Translations under genes and position numbers: made by a program
In this document: one piece after another, positions 27,279 to 36,433 of the stretch
Position numbering within the stretch: position 1 is the stretch's first letter
How the letters are laid out: every line of letters begins with the position of its first letter
Assembly (NCBI GenBank): GCA_045588325.1
Contig: JAZNEA010000093.1
Location: forward strand, 1-54,792
DNA from: Clostridia bacterium
GTDB taxonomy: Bacteria; Bacillota; Clostridia; RGIG7378
Length of the DNA stretch: 54,792 nucleotides
Direction: 5' to 3'
The notes under the pieces: generated by a model
Told to the model about the DNA's origin: nothing
Seen by the model: the letters and a program-made list of their open reading frames with translations, nothing else
Databases searched by the model: none

Positions 27279-28072
27279 AGAAACTCCTTAGGTACGACCT
27301 GAAATTTTTATTCAAGTATTGGTGGATAGTGGCCCTGGCAACCCTGCCTATAGCGGTGGCGGGAGGACTTTCCTTCAGGACATTGCTCCGGGCCAATGCA
27401 GATATCACAGCACTGCAGATTATTTTCTCATCTTTGGGCATGATCGGTGCTGTTGTTGCCATCGTCGCCATGGCCATTATGCCGGTGATTCTCAATGGCG
27501 TTCGATTTTATAAGAACCTCTATAGCGATGAGGGCTATTTGACCTTTACCCTGCCGGTGGAGAGGAGAGATATTCTGAAGGCCAAGCTGCTATCGGCTAT
27601 GATTTTACAGCTGACGACCATCCTTTTGGTTGTGGTCGAAGTGCTTATATTCACTCTTTGCGCCACAATGGGCCTTGAGGATATAGGTGTAGTGGTCTTG
27701 CCCGAATTCAGAGCCAGTTACCTTCTACTGGGATTAGAGGTGTTGATCCTCTTTCTGGAGGCAGAGATGTTCTCAATATTATTGATGTATGCGTGCATAT
27801 CCTTTGGAGCCATAATTGCCAAAAAGCATAAGGTCCTGGCCGCAGTGGGCATTTACTACGGTGTCGGAGGCCTGGTTTCGGGAATTGGACAGTTCTTCTA
27901 CATGATAGGAGCTGTGTTGGTGGCGGGCATCATAGCCAGCGGCGAACAAATCGGAGAGATTGTGGTGGTGTCATTTATGCTGGTTCCAGTGATAACCATC
28001 TTGGGAGCAGTAGTTATGGGCCTATACACCTTGGTTCATTGGCAGATGGACCGCAAGCTTAATCTGAGCTAA
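27272..28072 (+). CDS. ABC-2-type permease
   Basis: Six TM segments; RFYKNLYSDEGYLTFTLPV motif; overlaps the ATPase stop. Confidence 0.85.
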   Translation: MLKKLLRYDLKFLFKYWWIVALATLPIAVAGGLSFRTLLRANADITALQIIFSSLGMIGAVVAIVAMAIMPVILNGVRFYKNLYSDEGYLTFTLPVERRDILKAKLLSAMILQLTTILLVVVEVLIFTLCATMGLEDIGVVVLPEFRASYLLLGLEVLILFLEAEMFSILLMYACISFGAIIAKKHKVLAAVGIYYGVGGLVSGIGQFFYMIGAVLVAGIIASGEQIGEIVVVSFMLVPVITILGAVVMGLYTLVHWQMDRKLNLS

Positions 28073-28083
28073 GGAGGTGCCAC

Positions 28084-29031
28084 ATGAATAGGAAAATAAC
28101 TTTTCTGTTGATCGCGGTTTTGTCCCTGTTGGTTCTGTGCACACCTGCAATGGCTGACACCACGGCCGACACTCAGGATGCTACTATCAGCACAAATTAT
28201 AAGGAGATCTATTACCAGGGAGAGACGTACAGCATAATTAACACAGACCTGGGAATTACGGTGAGTCCGGCTGGTAGTCAGGATATACTCGTCCAACTGA
28301 GCGAGGTTCAGCAGCAGGCGGTCTACCATATAGAGGCTTCCGGAAACGAAAACATAATAGAGCTGCAGATAATGTTCGAGGGTGGCGGCTACGTATATGC
28401 ATGTTATCTGAACACTAAGCACGCCGAAAGAATTAAGGGAATCGGCAGCGGATGGGCAGAGTACTATGAGATATATGCTGAGGAGGATTTTTTCAAAGAG
28501 AATCCTATCGCTGTCACTTCTGAGGTGCTTAACGACAATTCCCTTTATGTGAGGGGTTATCACCTCGCCATGTATGACCTGCAACCAGTATATGGATATT
28601 GCCTGGATGGGGAAATAAGTTGCCTCATGGGATATCTCATATATTGTGACGACAACTCGGTGTATTATCTGAGCCGACATTTCTTCCAGGACTTATATGG
28701 GTCGGAACCAAATCTCCTTTTATGTGACTATGTGATGGTTTCTGCCATAAAGGATGCGGAACTCCTGGAGCAATTGCATGCCACTGAAGAATTGCCAAAC
28801 GGAGACTCCAGCAACCTTGATGTAGAAGCGATTGTGATTGTCGCAATTCTCAGCTTCATATTCATAGTGGTGCCGTTTGTGTTGGCCATCGTTATTCTGG
28901 TTATGTCTCGCAAGGCAAAACAGCCCTACAAGAAGTATTTTGGGGTGATTTCGGGTCTGCTATGGGGCACTACAGTAGTACCTGCTATATTGCTGTTAAT
29001 AGTCATAATAGGTGGACTGATCACAGGATAA
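28084..29031 (+). CDS. Hypothetical secreted, membrane-anchored protein
   Basis: Signal peptide ending PAMA, acidic/Tyr-rich body, two C-terminal TM helices; RBS AGGAGG. Confidence 0.7.
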   Translation: MNRKITFLLIAVLSLLVLCTPAMADTTADTQDATISTNYKEIYYQGETYSIINTDLGITVSPAGSQDILVQLSEVQQQAVYHIEASGNENIIELQIMFEGGGYVYACYLNTKHAERIKGIGSGWAEYYEIYAEEDFFKENPIAVTSEVLNDNSLYVRGYHLAMYDLQPVYGYCLDGEISCLMGYLIYCDDNSVYYLSRHFFQDLYGSEPNLLLCDYVMVSAIKDAELLEQLHATEELPNGDSSNLDVEAIVIVAILSFIFIVVPFVLAIVILVMSRKAKQPYKKYFGVISGLLWGTTVVPAILLLIVIIGGLITG

Positions 29032-29063
29032 AAAGGATCCGCGGCTTGTTGAATAATAAAATT

Positions 29064-29096
29064 AAGGCAGACATTCAAAAGAGTGCCTGCCTTTTT
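29064..29096 (+). terminator. Intrinsic terminator
   Basis: AAGGCAGACA...TGCCTGCCTTTTT. Confidence 0.65.
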
Positions 29097-29255
29097 GTGA
29101 CAAATGTTGATAAATAGTTAGTTAAACATATACATAAGATATTGCACATAATTGCGACACATGATATGCTAAATGAGACAAAAAGCCGAGAAAGGCTGGT
29201 TTTCGTAGCAGTTTTGCGGCCGGTGCATAGAGAACGATAGGAGAAGGGACAAGCC

Positions 29256-29788
29256 ATGAGCCAAAAATTAAAGTTAGTTCTCAGGATTGTAGCTAATGCT
29301 ATTGTACTGGTTGTATTGGTACTGGCGTTTCTGCTGCATGGTGTCAAGCTGTTTGGCCTGACACCTTACTCTGTGTTATCCCCATCGATGCAGTCGGTGT
29401 ATCCTACAGGCTCCCTGATATACGTCAAGGATGTGGAGCCAGCCACATTAGAGGTGCAGGATGTTATTACATTCAGGATGGGGAATGGCAGCATAGCCAC
29501 CCATCGTATTGTGGAGATAGTCCCCGACGAGGGGGATGGAGAGGTTGTACGGTTCCGCACTAAGGGCGATGAGAACGAGACTGCAGACGGGCCACTGGTG
29601 GACTATAGCAGCGTCGTTGGCAAACCTGTGTTCTGCATACCGAAATTAGGTTTTCTAGCCACCTATATGACCACCACTTCGGGAAATACGCGACAATCAC
29701 GGTGGCAATGGGAATTGTCCTGTTGGAACTGCTGATAAACATGCTTATAGGCGACAAGGATAAACACAAAAAGGAGGAAGTGACATGA
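29256..29788 (+). CDS. sipW: Signal peptidase I, SipW (ER-type) family, with an apparent -1 frameshift near 29681-29687
   Basis: VLSPSM (Ser), ITF, THRI (His), TKGDEN; the -1 frame restores GKYATITVAMGIVLLELLINML TM and a TGA overlapping the next ATG. Confidence 0.8.
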
Positions 29789-31638
29789 GAGGTTCAAGGG
29801 CTTTGATCCTGGCAATATGCACAGTGCTGCTGATTACGGTATCCGTTTTGGGCACGATTGCGTGGCTGACCAGCCAAGATGCAGTTGTAAATACATTCTC
29901 TGTTGGCAAGGTCAAAATTACGCTGGATGAGGCTGCAGTCAATGCGGACGGCTCATTGGCCGCAGGAGGTCGAGTCAAGAGCAATGCTTATCACCTGCTA
30001 CCAGGTGGTACATATATCAAGGACCCCACACTGACTGTCAAGGCAGACAGCGAGACAGCATATGTTCGCTTGTTGCTCACCATAAATTGCCTGGAGGAGC
30101 TGGACGCCATATTTGCTCCTGAAGGTGTTGATTTGCAGACTATTTTTAATGGCTACGATGAAAGTGCGTGGATTTATGTGGAGACCGCCAGAGACACAAC
30201 CAACAACACTGTTACTTACGAGTTCCGCTACAAGGAGCTTGTGACAAAGGCCAGCGACGATACAGTATTGGAGCCCCTGTTCCAGTCTATAACAATCCCT
30301 GGAACGTTTACCTCGGAGGACATGGCGTCCACAGAGGGCATGGCAGCCAACCTGCTGATAGGCAAGACGGTGGAACATCCCCTTGGAGAGGCATACGTAA
30401 TCCCTGCAAACATCTCCTTTGACTTTAAGGTGGATCTGGGATCATACTACGCAAATGCCACCATCGAGACGTCAGGTGGAACAGTGGAGGCCGACGAGAA
30501 CGGATCGATTACCGTTTCGGTAAAGCCAGGACAAGATTTTACAGTAGAGAACATTGACGCAGGCACCAAGGTTACGGTTACCGAGCTCAGGACATATGGC
30601 CCAGGGTTCTCCGCCAAGGATGGCGTGCTTGTCAGAGAGGGAGTAGTAGGGCAAGATGGCAGTCTGAGACTTGATTTTGTAAACATCTACGCTCCTGCAG
30701 CAGTGCAGTTTACCAATGCAACAGTCGTTGGCGTCAAGGAGCTGGAGGGCAGACCCTGGCAAGAGGGAGACACATTCTCATTTGCCCTTGAACAGGAGAC
30801 CAGTGAGGGAGTGTGGACGCAGCTGGGCACAAGGTCAGTTGCATACGACGCACAGGACCCGGAGTTTAATAAGTTTGATTTTAGCGATATTGTTCGCGAG
30901 ATTACATTTGACCAGATAGGTACATACAGCTTTCGCATGACGGAGGAGGTTGGCGACCTGGAGGATGTGGACTACGATAGGAGTGTCAACACATTTGCCG
31001 TAGAGGTTACGGATGCGGACATGGATGGCCAGTTAGAAATCGGTAAGGTTACAGCGGCTCAAAATGCAGAGGCCACAGAGGTTAATGGTGAGCACGTGAT
31101 TTCTGTAGTGTTTAACAACACATTTATCCCAGCGACTCCGACACCAGAGGACATAACGGTTAATGTAGAGGTAAACAAGACAGTCGAAAATATGGGAGCC
31201 TCTGCCATTGGGCCAGAGGGATTCCAGTTCGTGCTGGAGGATGTGGCAACAGGCGAAAAGCTAATGCTCCAGACGAGCAGTGATGGTAAGGTAATCTTTG
31301 ACCTAGATTTCACTGCAGGAGATGTGGGCCGTACATACACGTACAAGTTGTTCGAGGTCAACACAGGAGTAAAGGGAGTTACCTACGACACCACCGTCCA
31401 CGAGATAGCCATATCCATTTCCCTTGGAGAGGACGGCAATTTGGATGCAATGCTTAAACTAAACGGCAGCGCAACAGACAGGCTGGTGGCGGCCTTCGAA
31501 AATACTTATGAGGTAGAAAATCCCGTGGAGCCTCCTACTGGAGACGTGGAGAATGGCGGATTCTGGTTTATCATGATGATGATCAGCGGTGCGGCATGCG
31601 TAGTCCTGTTCGCGCTGGACAAGAAATACGCCAGGTAG
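29785..31638 (+). CDS. SipW-type signal peptide protein with pilin-like/Spy0128-like Ig domains and a C-terminal sorting signal
   Basis: GTIAWLTSQDAVVNTFSVG, KDPTLTV, repeated K.LEGR...FSF / ITF...GTY / YTYKLFE...GVTYD domains; EPPTGD + TM + KKYAR. Confidence 0.8.
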   Translation: MRGSRALILAICTVLLITVSVLGTIAWLTSQDAVVNTFSVGKVKITLDEAAVNADGSLAAGGRVKSNAYHLLPGGTYIKDPTLTVKADSETAYVRLLLTINCLEELDAIFAPEGVDLQTIFNGYDESAWIYVETARDTTNNTVTYEFRYKELVTKASDDTVLEPLFQSITIPGTFTSEDMASTEGMAANLLIGKTVEHPLGEAYVIPANISFDFKVDLGSYYANATIETSGGTVEADENGSITVSVKPGQDFTVENIDAGTKVTVTELRTYGPGFSAKDGVLVREGVVGQDGSLRLDFVNIYAPAAVQFTNATVVGVKELEGRPWQEGDTFSFALEQETSEGVWTQLGTRSVAYDAQDPEFNKFDFSDIVREITFDQIGTYSFRMTEEVGDLEDVDYDRSVNTFAVEVTDADMDGQLEIGKVTAAQNAEATEVNGEHVISVVFNNTFIPATPTPEDITVNVEVNKTVENMGASAIGPEGFQFVLEDVATGEKLMLQTSSDGKVIFDLDFTAGDVGRTYTYKLFEVNTGVKGVTYDTTVHEIAISISLGEDGNLDAMLKLNGSATDRLVAAFENTYEVENPVEPPTGDVENGGFWFIMMMISGAACVVLFALDKKYAR

Positions 31639-31682
31639 ACTCTGGTGCCCCAGATTGCGGAACATAGAATAAGGACAAAAAT

Positions 31683-31711
31683 ATGGCATAGGCGGAACCC
31701 GTCTATGCCAT
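31683..31711. terminator. Bidirectional terminator at the convergence point
   Basis: ATGGCATAGGCGG-AAC-CCGTCTATGCCAT. Confidence 0.75.
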
Positions 31712-32188
31712 TTACTCTTTTGTAAATATAGCTTTTAACCTATCAAAAAATCGCTTTTTTGTTGGAAATGTTCCTGTAAGGGGTTCGTTTAAGACCCAGG
31801 GTAGCACAATGTTGTAAACCGTCACAGCGAAATAATCTGTTTTTTGATCGTTTGGAATACAGGAATCGTCGATTACAATGCTCAAGAACAAATTGCCGTC
31901 ATTTAAGTCAATTTCATGTTTATCCAGTTCGAGTATTTTTCCGCAAACAGTATATGATGCAAAAAGATACTGTGTCTCTTTGTCTGACTCGACGGAGCTC
32001 AGTTGGTCAGGGCGATCAATAGATACACCAAGTTCGAGCAAGAATTCGTCTAATAAAGGGAATCTATCCTTTACCTGTGCATAATAATTGCGGCAGGACG
32101 GGCAATCGCAAAGGGAGTGGGAGGCATAATATGCTTTTGTCTGTTCAACATCAATATCCATTTTGCAATTTTGCTTTTGAATAATCAT
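31712..32188 (-). CDS. Hypothetical protein with a CxCxxC motif
   Basis: 158-aa ORF with RBS-like GAAAGGCGGTG; LCDCPSCRNYY and a distal YTVCG. Confidence 0.7.
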   Translation of the reverse strand: MIIQKQNCKMDIDVEQTKAYYASHSLCDCPSCRNYYAQVKDRFPLLDEFLLELGVSIDRPDQLSSVESDKETQYLFASYTVCGKILELDKHEIDLNDGNLFLSIVIDDSCIPNDQKTDYFAVTVYNIVLPWVLNEPLTGTFPTKKRFFDRLKAIFTKE

Positions 32189-32285
32189 CCCATCACCGCC
32201 TTTCTTAGATTAAAATATGGCACCCATGGGGTTTCGCCTTAAGTAAACTAAAACCTGTACACAACGAAGCTCGATGGCCACAAAA

Positions 32286-32852
32286 TTAATCCTTTGTTCG
32301 CTGATCTCCACCGCAAACTGTACATTTTTCGTTTTCGAATTGGTGAGCAGGCGCGCCAGTGATTATGTGTGTTCGCAGGACCTCCTGTCCACACCCCGCA
32401 CAATAAATGACCTCATCATGTGATCCAGCCTCTGTGCAGGTGGGGGAGACCTCGTTCTCCAGGACTCGACTTAACTCCGGATGGGTATGCACCGCGTTTT
32501 TGCTGTTCACTATGCCAATTATAGCACAGGCAGACAACAAACCAATGAGACAAATTGCGGGTATCAGATACCAATGGTTCTTTTTTCGAACCAAAAGCTT
32601 TGTTTCATCCACCTCAGCTTCAACAGCAGGAGCATTTACATCCGGCTCATCTTCATAATCGTCATTTAGCAGATAATCTGCAGTCACGTTAAACAGCTTG
32701 CTGATTTGCAATATATTCTGCGCATCTGGCAACGCTGTTCCGTTTTCCCAACGGCTGACTGCCTGGCGGGACACATTAAGATTTCCAGCGAAATCCTCTT
32801 GGGACCAGCCCCTTTCTTTTCTGAGCATGATTATTTTATCTAACAATTTCAT
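32286..32852 (-). CDS. XRE-family HTH protein with a TM helix and a C-terminal Cys/His-rich motif
   Basis: LRKERGWSQEDFAGNLNVSRQAVSRWENG...PD; TM; PTCTEAG...YCAGCG...HQFENEKCTVCG; ATG 32852 behind AAGGAGGG. Confidence 0.85.
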   Translation of the reverse strand: MKLLDKIIMLRKERGWSQEDFAGNLNVSRQAVSRWENGTALPDAQNILQISKLFNVTADYLLNDDYEDEPDVNAPAVEAEVDETKLLVRKKNHWYLIPAICLIGLLSACAIIGIVNSKNAVHTHPELSRVLENEVSPTCTEAGSHDEVIYCAGCGQEVLRTHIITGAPAHQFENEKCTVCGGDQRTKD

Positions 32853-33013
32853 AATAAGCCCTCCTTGATTTGATGGTTTCACTATAGCTAAATAAGCCTC
32901 AGAATGCCACCGCATCAACTTTACAATTTTGCAACAAGACTTTACAAATGGCCCTTTGGCGAAAGGATACAAAAATGTTCATTGAAAAAATCCGTCACAG
33001 CGAAATCAAAAAC

Positions 33014-33047
33014 AAAAAAGATCCGCTCTCATTTGAGAACGGATCTT
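33014..33047 (-). terminator. Terminator after tRNA-Cys
   Basis: AAGATCCG...CGGATCTT stem with a U tract on the minus strand. Confidence 0.75.
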
Positions 33048-33052
33048 CGTGT

Positions 33053-33126
<74 letters not shown>

Positions 33127-33140
33127 GAACTTGCTTTGCT

Positions 33141-33169
33141 ATTGTAGCAAAGTACTCCCTCGGTGTCAA
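33141..33169 (-). promoter_or_regulatory. Sigma-70 promoter of tRNA-Cys
   Basis: TTGACA-17 bp-TACAAT on the minus strand. Confidence 0.8.
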
Positions 33170-33304
33170 CGCAGAAATTTAGGACTTTTCGGCGGCCCCG
33201 CAAATTTTACGGCTATTACCACGCCGAGCCACATGCAGCGCAGGGGGAGATACAGCCTATATTCATAATCTGTGCTATAATACAGAAAAAAGCGGAGCAA
33301 AATT

Positions 33305-34909
33305 ATGTACATACCAGAATGCACAATAACATACCTGCACAAAGATGGTCGTCAGTATAGTGGCAACCTTAAGTCCAGCGGACTGAGAGCTCAGGTCCAC
33401 GACCGCAACGGCGAGATCAGCGTGTCCATTAATCCTATGGAGCAAGTTCGCCTGGTGTCTTTTACCATGTCATTCCACTGGATTTGCGAAACTGACGAGC
33501 GCTTTTTTATGAACGGTTTTCGCTCCGATTCACCCTGCATGGAGACGAGCAGGGACAACAAACTATCGCGCTTACCTGCTATCCTTAAGCGCCACCTGAG
33601 AGTTAGTACAGCCGCCAGATTGTTTGGCGCCTACGACATTAACAACGGATCCCCCATGGGTTTCTCATACTGCTATTTCCGCACATCCCGCAACAATTAC
33701 AGACTTGTGGCATCACTGTCAGACCGCAATGGATACACCGTATTCCAATATGACGGCCCCGACAGCACCATCTATATATCCAAGGACGTGGAAGGCATCT
33801 GCCTGAATCCAGGCGAATACAAGCTGATGAACGTCAAGATATACGACGGCACTGAGGATGCCGTATTTGCACAGTGGTTTGACGACCTAGGTTTGCCTAA
33901 GATGGATGTTGCACCAATGGGAGGCTACAGCACCATGGCCATGGGAAATCACGTGGATGGTCTGGATATTAACGAGGCCCTGTCGGGATTGGCACCCCTG
34001 CAGCAACAGGATGGAATGTTCCTGGTGGCAGAGGGATGGAACCAGACCAAGGGGGACTGGATGCCAGCACCATATAGATTTCCGGAGGGTATGGCGCAGG
34101 TTGCTAAAAATATTCATTCCGCGGGGCTTAAGGCAGCCCTGTGGATAACGCCCTTTTCTGTAGATAGGCGCAGTCAACTGGCGACAGACCATAGGGATTG
34201 GATCAAGAGAGACAGGAACAACAAAATAGTTAATAGCCCCATGGATGCAAATCTGGTGGCGCTGGATGTGTCCCGAGCTGACGTGAGAGACTATATTCGC
34301 AGGCTGATTGACACTGTAATCAACAAGTGGGGGTTTGATGTGCTTGTGGCAGGAGACCTCTACATGGCCGGGATTGTGCCCGAGGAGGGACACAGCCGAG
34401 CAGAGGCCATGTACAATGCCATTGATACCCTTAGAGAATTGGCGGGAGATACACCTATTCTGGCTGAGGATGTGCCTCTGATGCCCGCCTTTGGCAAGGT
34501 GGAGTATTGCCATATCTCCACAGGTACAACAGTTACGTCTAAGACTGCATTTCGCTCTGTCAGGGCATTGGTGGATTACTTTACTCCGGACAGGTCCGTT
34601 CTTGGGGCCCTGTTCAGGAGGCAACTCAGTGGCAGAGCTTGGGTTAACACTCCTAAGGAGTACTCGCTTCTGAGTCACGGAGGCAGGCCGGGACGTGATT
34701 CTCTGAGGGCCAATGCAATCGTCAGCGGCATGATAGGCATGCCCCAGCTGATCATAGACAATGCGACATTGTACGACGAAAAGCAACAGGAACTTGTACG
34801 GCAAAACATGCAGGGCACAGAGCGAAAAATTCGCCGGGTTTATGATGTAAAAAGGCAGGTAGTTGTGGAATATTCAGAGGGCGAAAACCTTTGTACAGTA
34901 AGGCTTTAA
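33305..34909 (+). CDS. GH36 alpha-galactosidase-like protein with degenerate catalytic motifs
   Basis: GDW...RFPEGM, LKAALWITPF, ALDVS, WGFD, VPLMPAFGKV, FRRQLSGR scaffold; extended -10 TGCTATAAT upstream. Confidence 0.75.
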   Translation: MYIPECTITYLHKDGRQYSGNLKSSGLRAQVHDRNGEISVSINPMEQVRLVSFTMSFHWICETDERFFMNGFRSDSPCMETSRDNKLSRLPAILKRHLRVSTAARLFGAYDINNGSPMGFSYCYFRTSRNNYRLVASLSDRNGYTVFQYDGPDSTIYISKDVEGICLNPGEYKLMNVKIYDGTEDAVFAQWFDDLGLPKMDVAPMGGYSTMAMGNHVDGLDINEALSGLAPLQQQDGMFLVAEGWNQTKGDWMPAPYRFPEGMAQVAKNIHSAGLKAALWITPFSVDRRSQLATDHRDWIKRDRNNKIVNSPMDANLVALDVSRADVRDYIRRLIDTVINKWGFDVLVAGDLYMAGIVPEEGHSRAEAMYNAIDTLRELAGDTPILAEDVPLMPAFGKVEYCHISTGTTVTSKTAFRSVRALVDYFTPDRSVLGALFRRQLSGRAWVNTPKEYSLLSHGGRPGRDSLRANAIVSGMIGMPQLIIDNATLYDEKQQELVRQNMQGTERKIRRVYDVKRQVVVEYSEGENLCTVRL

Positions 34910-35034
34910 GGATATTGCGCGAACATTTTGGAACGGCTTTTCGTCCAAGGATTCAGACGAATAAAGCAATGCAAGGTCTGTTTTTGAGCCATCGCGTATG
35001 GTAGAATACAGATATTGTTCATGTAGGGAGTAAT

Positions 35035-36432
35035 ATGGCACGCAAGAAGAACAAAAAGGTTATATTGGAGCAGCAGGTGGTTGAGGCCTCCTTTGATGCT
35101 ATGTTGGAGGATATGGTTCCAGTTGCTGCGGATGACATTATAATCGGAGACGCCACTGAGCTGGAGGTTCAGGAGGCAGTTCAGCCTGCGCCTGTAGAGG
35201 GTATGTCACACAGCTCCAATGCGGATGCCCCAGGCGAGGCCACAGCAGCATCGCTCTATCAGATGGAGTTTGAGAACAATAGCCTTGAGGATCCGGAGCT
35301 CACAGTTTCTGCCTTTGACCGTGGAGGCAGGAGCGGACGTGGCCGCACATATGACCCCAGGCTCAAGCCTCAGGGTATGCCCAGACATAAGGAGAAGAGA
35401 TGGCGCGATTTGCCCCTGGCAGGTAAGGCCTATGAGATAGTTTATTATCTGTGTCTTGTGGTTTTCTGCATCTCCATCGGCGTTTTGGGAGCCAGAGGAT
35501 ATGTATACATGACACATAAACAGCAGGTAGATAGTATCAAGGATTTGTATGTCCGCGATCCCATAATCACATCTACTCCTGGGCCCATTTACACAGATGT
35601 ACCTACCCTTGCCCCCAGCAATACACCGCCAGCCGGCGATTATCCAATGGACAACACACAGGATGTTACACAGGACGTTACACAGGATATTACTGGAGAT
35701 GGCACCACAGATGTTACAGAGGACATCACTCAGCCACAGGGGCCGTTTATCCCCACACCTCCACCAGTTTCTACGCCAGTGCCTCAGGTCAGGCCGTCCT
35801 TTTCCAGTCTCCTTAGCATTAACAGAGACGTGGTTGGATGGATCCAGCTGACGGGCACGGTTATCAATTACCCTGTACTGCAGAGTCACGACGACAACAA
35901 CAAGAGCTTCTATATAGACCACGATATTTTCGGCAAGGGCACATACTATGGCTCCATTTTCATGGATTATTTTTGCTCCTCCGACAATCTGGGCAGGAAC
36001 ACCATTATCTCTGGCCACCACATGCAGGACGGCGAGATGTTCAGACAGATTGCAAACTATACCAGCACATATATGTGGAAACAGAATCCCATCATATACT
36101 TTGACACCCTGTATGAGAGCTATGAGTGGGAGGTGTTCGCATCCTTCTTGGTAGATGCAGATTCGGAGAAGATTCCCGTAACGTTCTCATCCGACAATGA
36201 GTTTATCGATTATTGCAATAGTTGCCTTAAGAGGTCTACGGTTAAGTTGGCACAGAACGTGCAGTTTGGCCCCAATGACAAGATTTTGACACTGGTAACC
36301 TGTAGCTATAATGGCAAGTACGCAGACGAGAGGACATTTACCATATTCAGACTGGTAGAGCGTAGCGGAGAGCTGGACACAGACGGAACGTGGAAACCTA
36401 CTACACCCAGACTCAGTGGCTCCTGGAAGTGA
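35035..36432 (+). CDS. srtB: Class B sortase with a long acidic N-terminal extension and a Pro/Thr linker
   Basis: VVGWIQL, NYPVLQ, GSIFMD, NTIISGHHM, LTLVTCSY, distal R. Confidence 0.88.
   Translation: MARKKNKKVILEQQVVEASFDAMLEDMVPVAADDIIIGDATELEVQEAVQPAPVEGMSHSSNADAPGEATAASLYQMEFENNSLEDPELTVSAFDRGGRSGRGRTYDPRLKPQGMPRHKEKRWRDLPLAGKAYEIVYYLCLVVFCISIGVLGARGYVYMTHKQQVDSIKDLYVRDPIITSTPGPIYTDVPTLAPSNTPPAGDYPMDNTQDVTQDVTQDITGDGTTDVTEDITQPQGPFIPTPPPVSTPVPQVRPSFSSLLSINRDVVGWIQLTGTVINYPVLQSHDDNNKSFYIDHDIFGKGTYYGSIFMDYFCSSDNLGRNTIISGHHMQDGEMFRQIANYTSTYMWKQNPIIYFDTLYESYEWEVFASFLVDADSEKIPVTFSSDNEFIDYCNSCLKRSTVKLAQNVQFGPNDKILTLVTCSYNGKYADERTFTIFRLVERSGELDTDGTWKPTTPRLSGSWK
35656..35691 (+). repeat. 12-bp coding tandem repeat (TQDV/TQDV/TQDI)
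   Basis: ACACAGGATGTT ACACAGGACGTT ACACAGGATATT. Confidence 0.85.
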
Positions 36433-36433
36433 C

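Noticed and set aside
31640-31660. Possible attR copy of the tRNA-Cys 3' end (…CCCCAGATT…)
   Set aside because: Only a short match (CCCAGATT, 8 bp), expected by chance
16702-33052. Integrated element bounded by tRNA-Gly and tRNA-Cys
   Set aside because: No integrase, relaxase or phage genes, and no duplicated tRNA 3' end; the content is ordinary transport and surface genes
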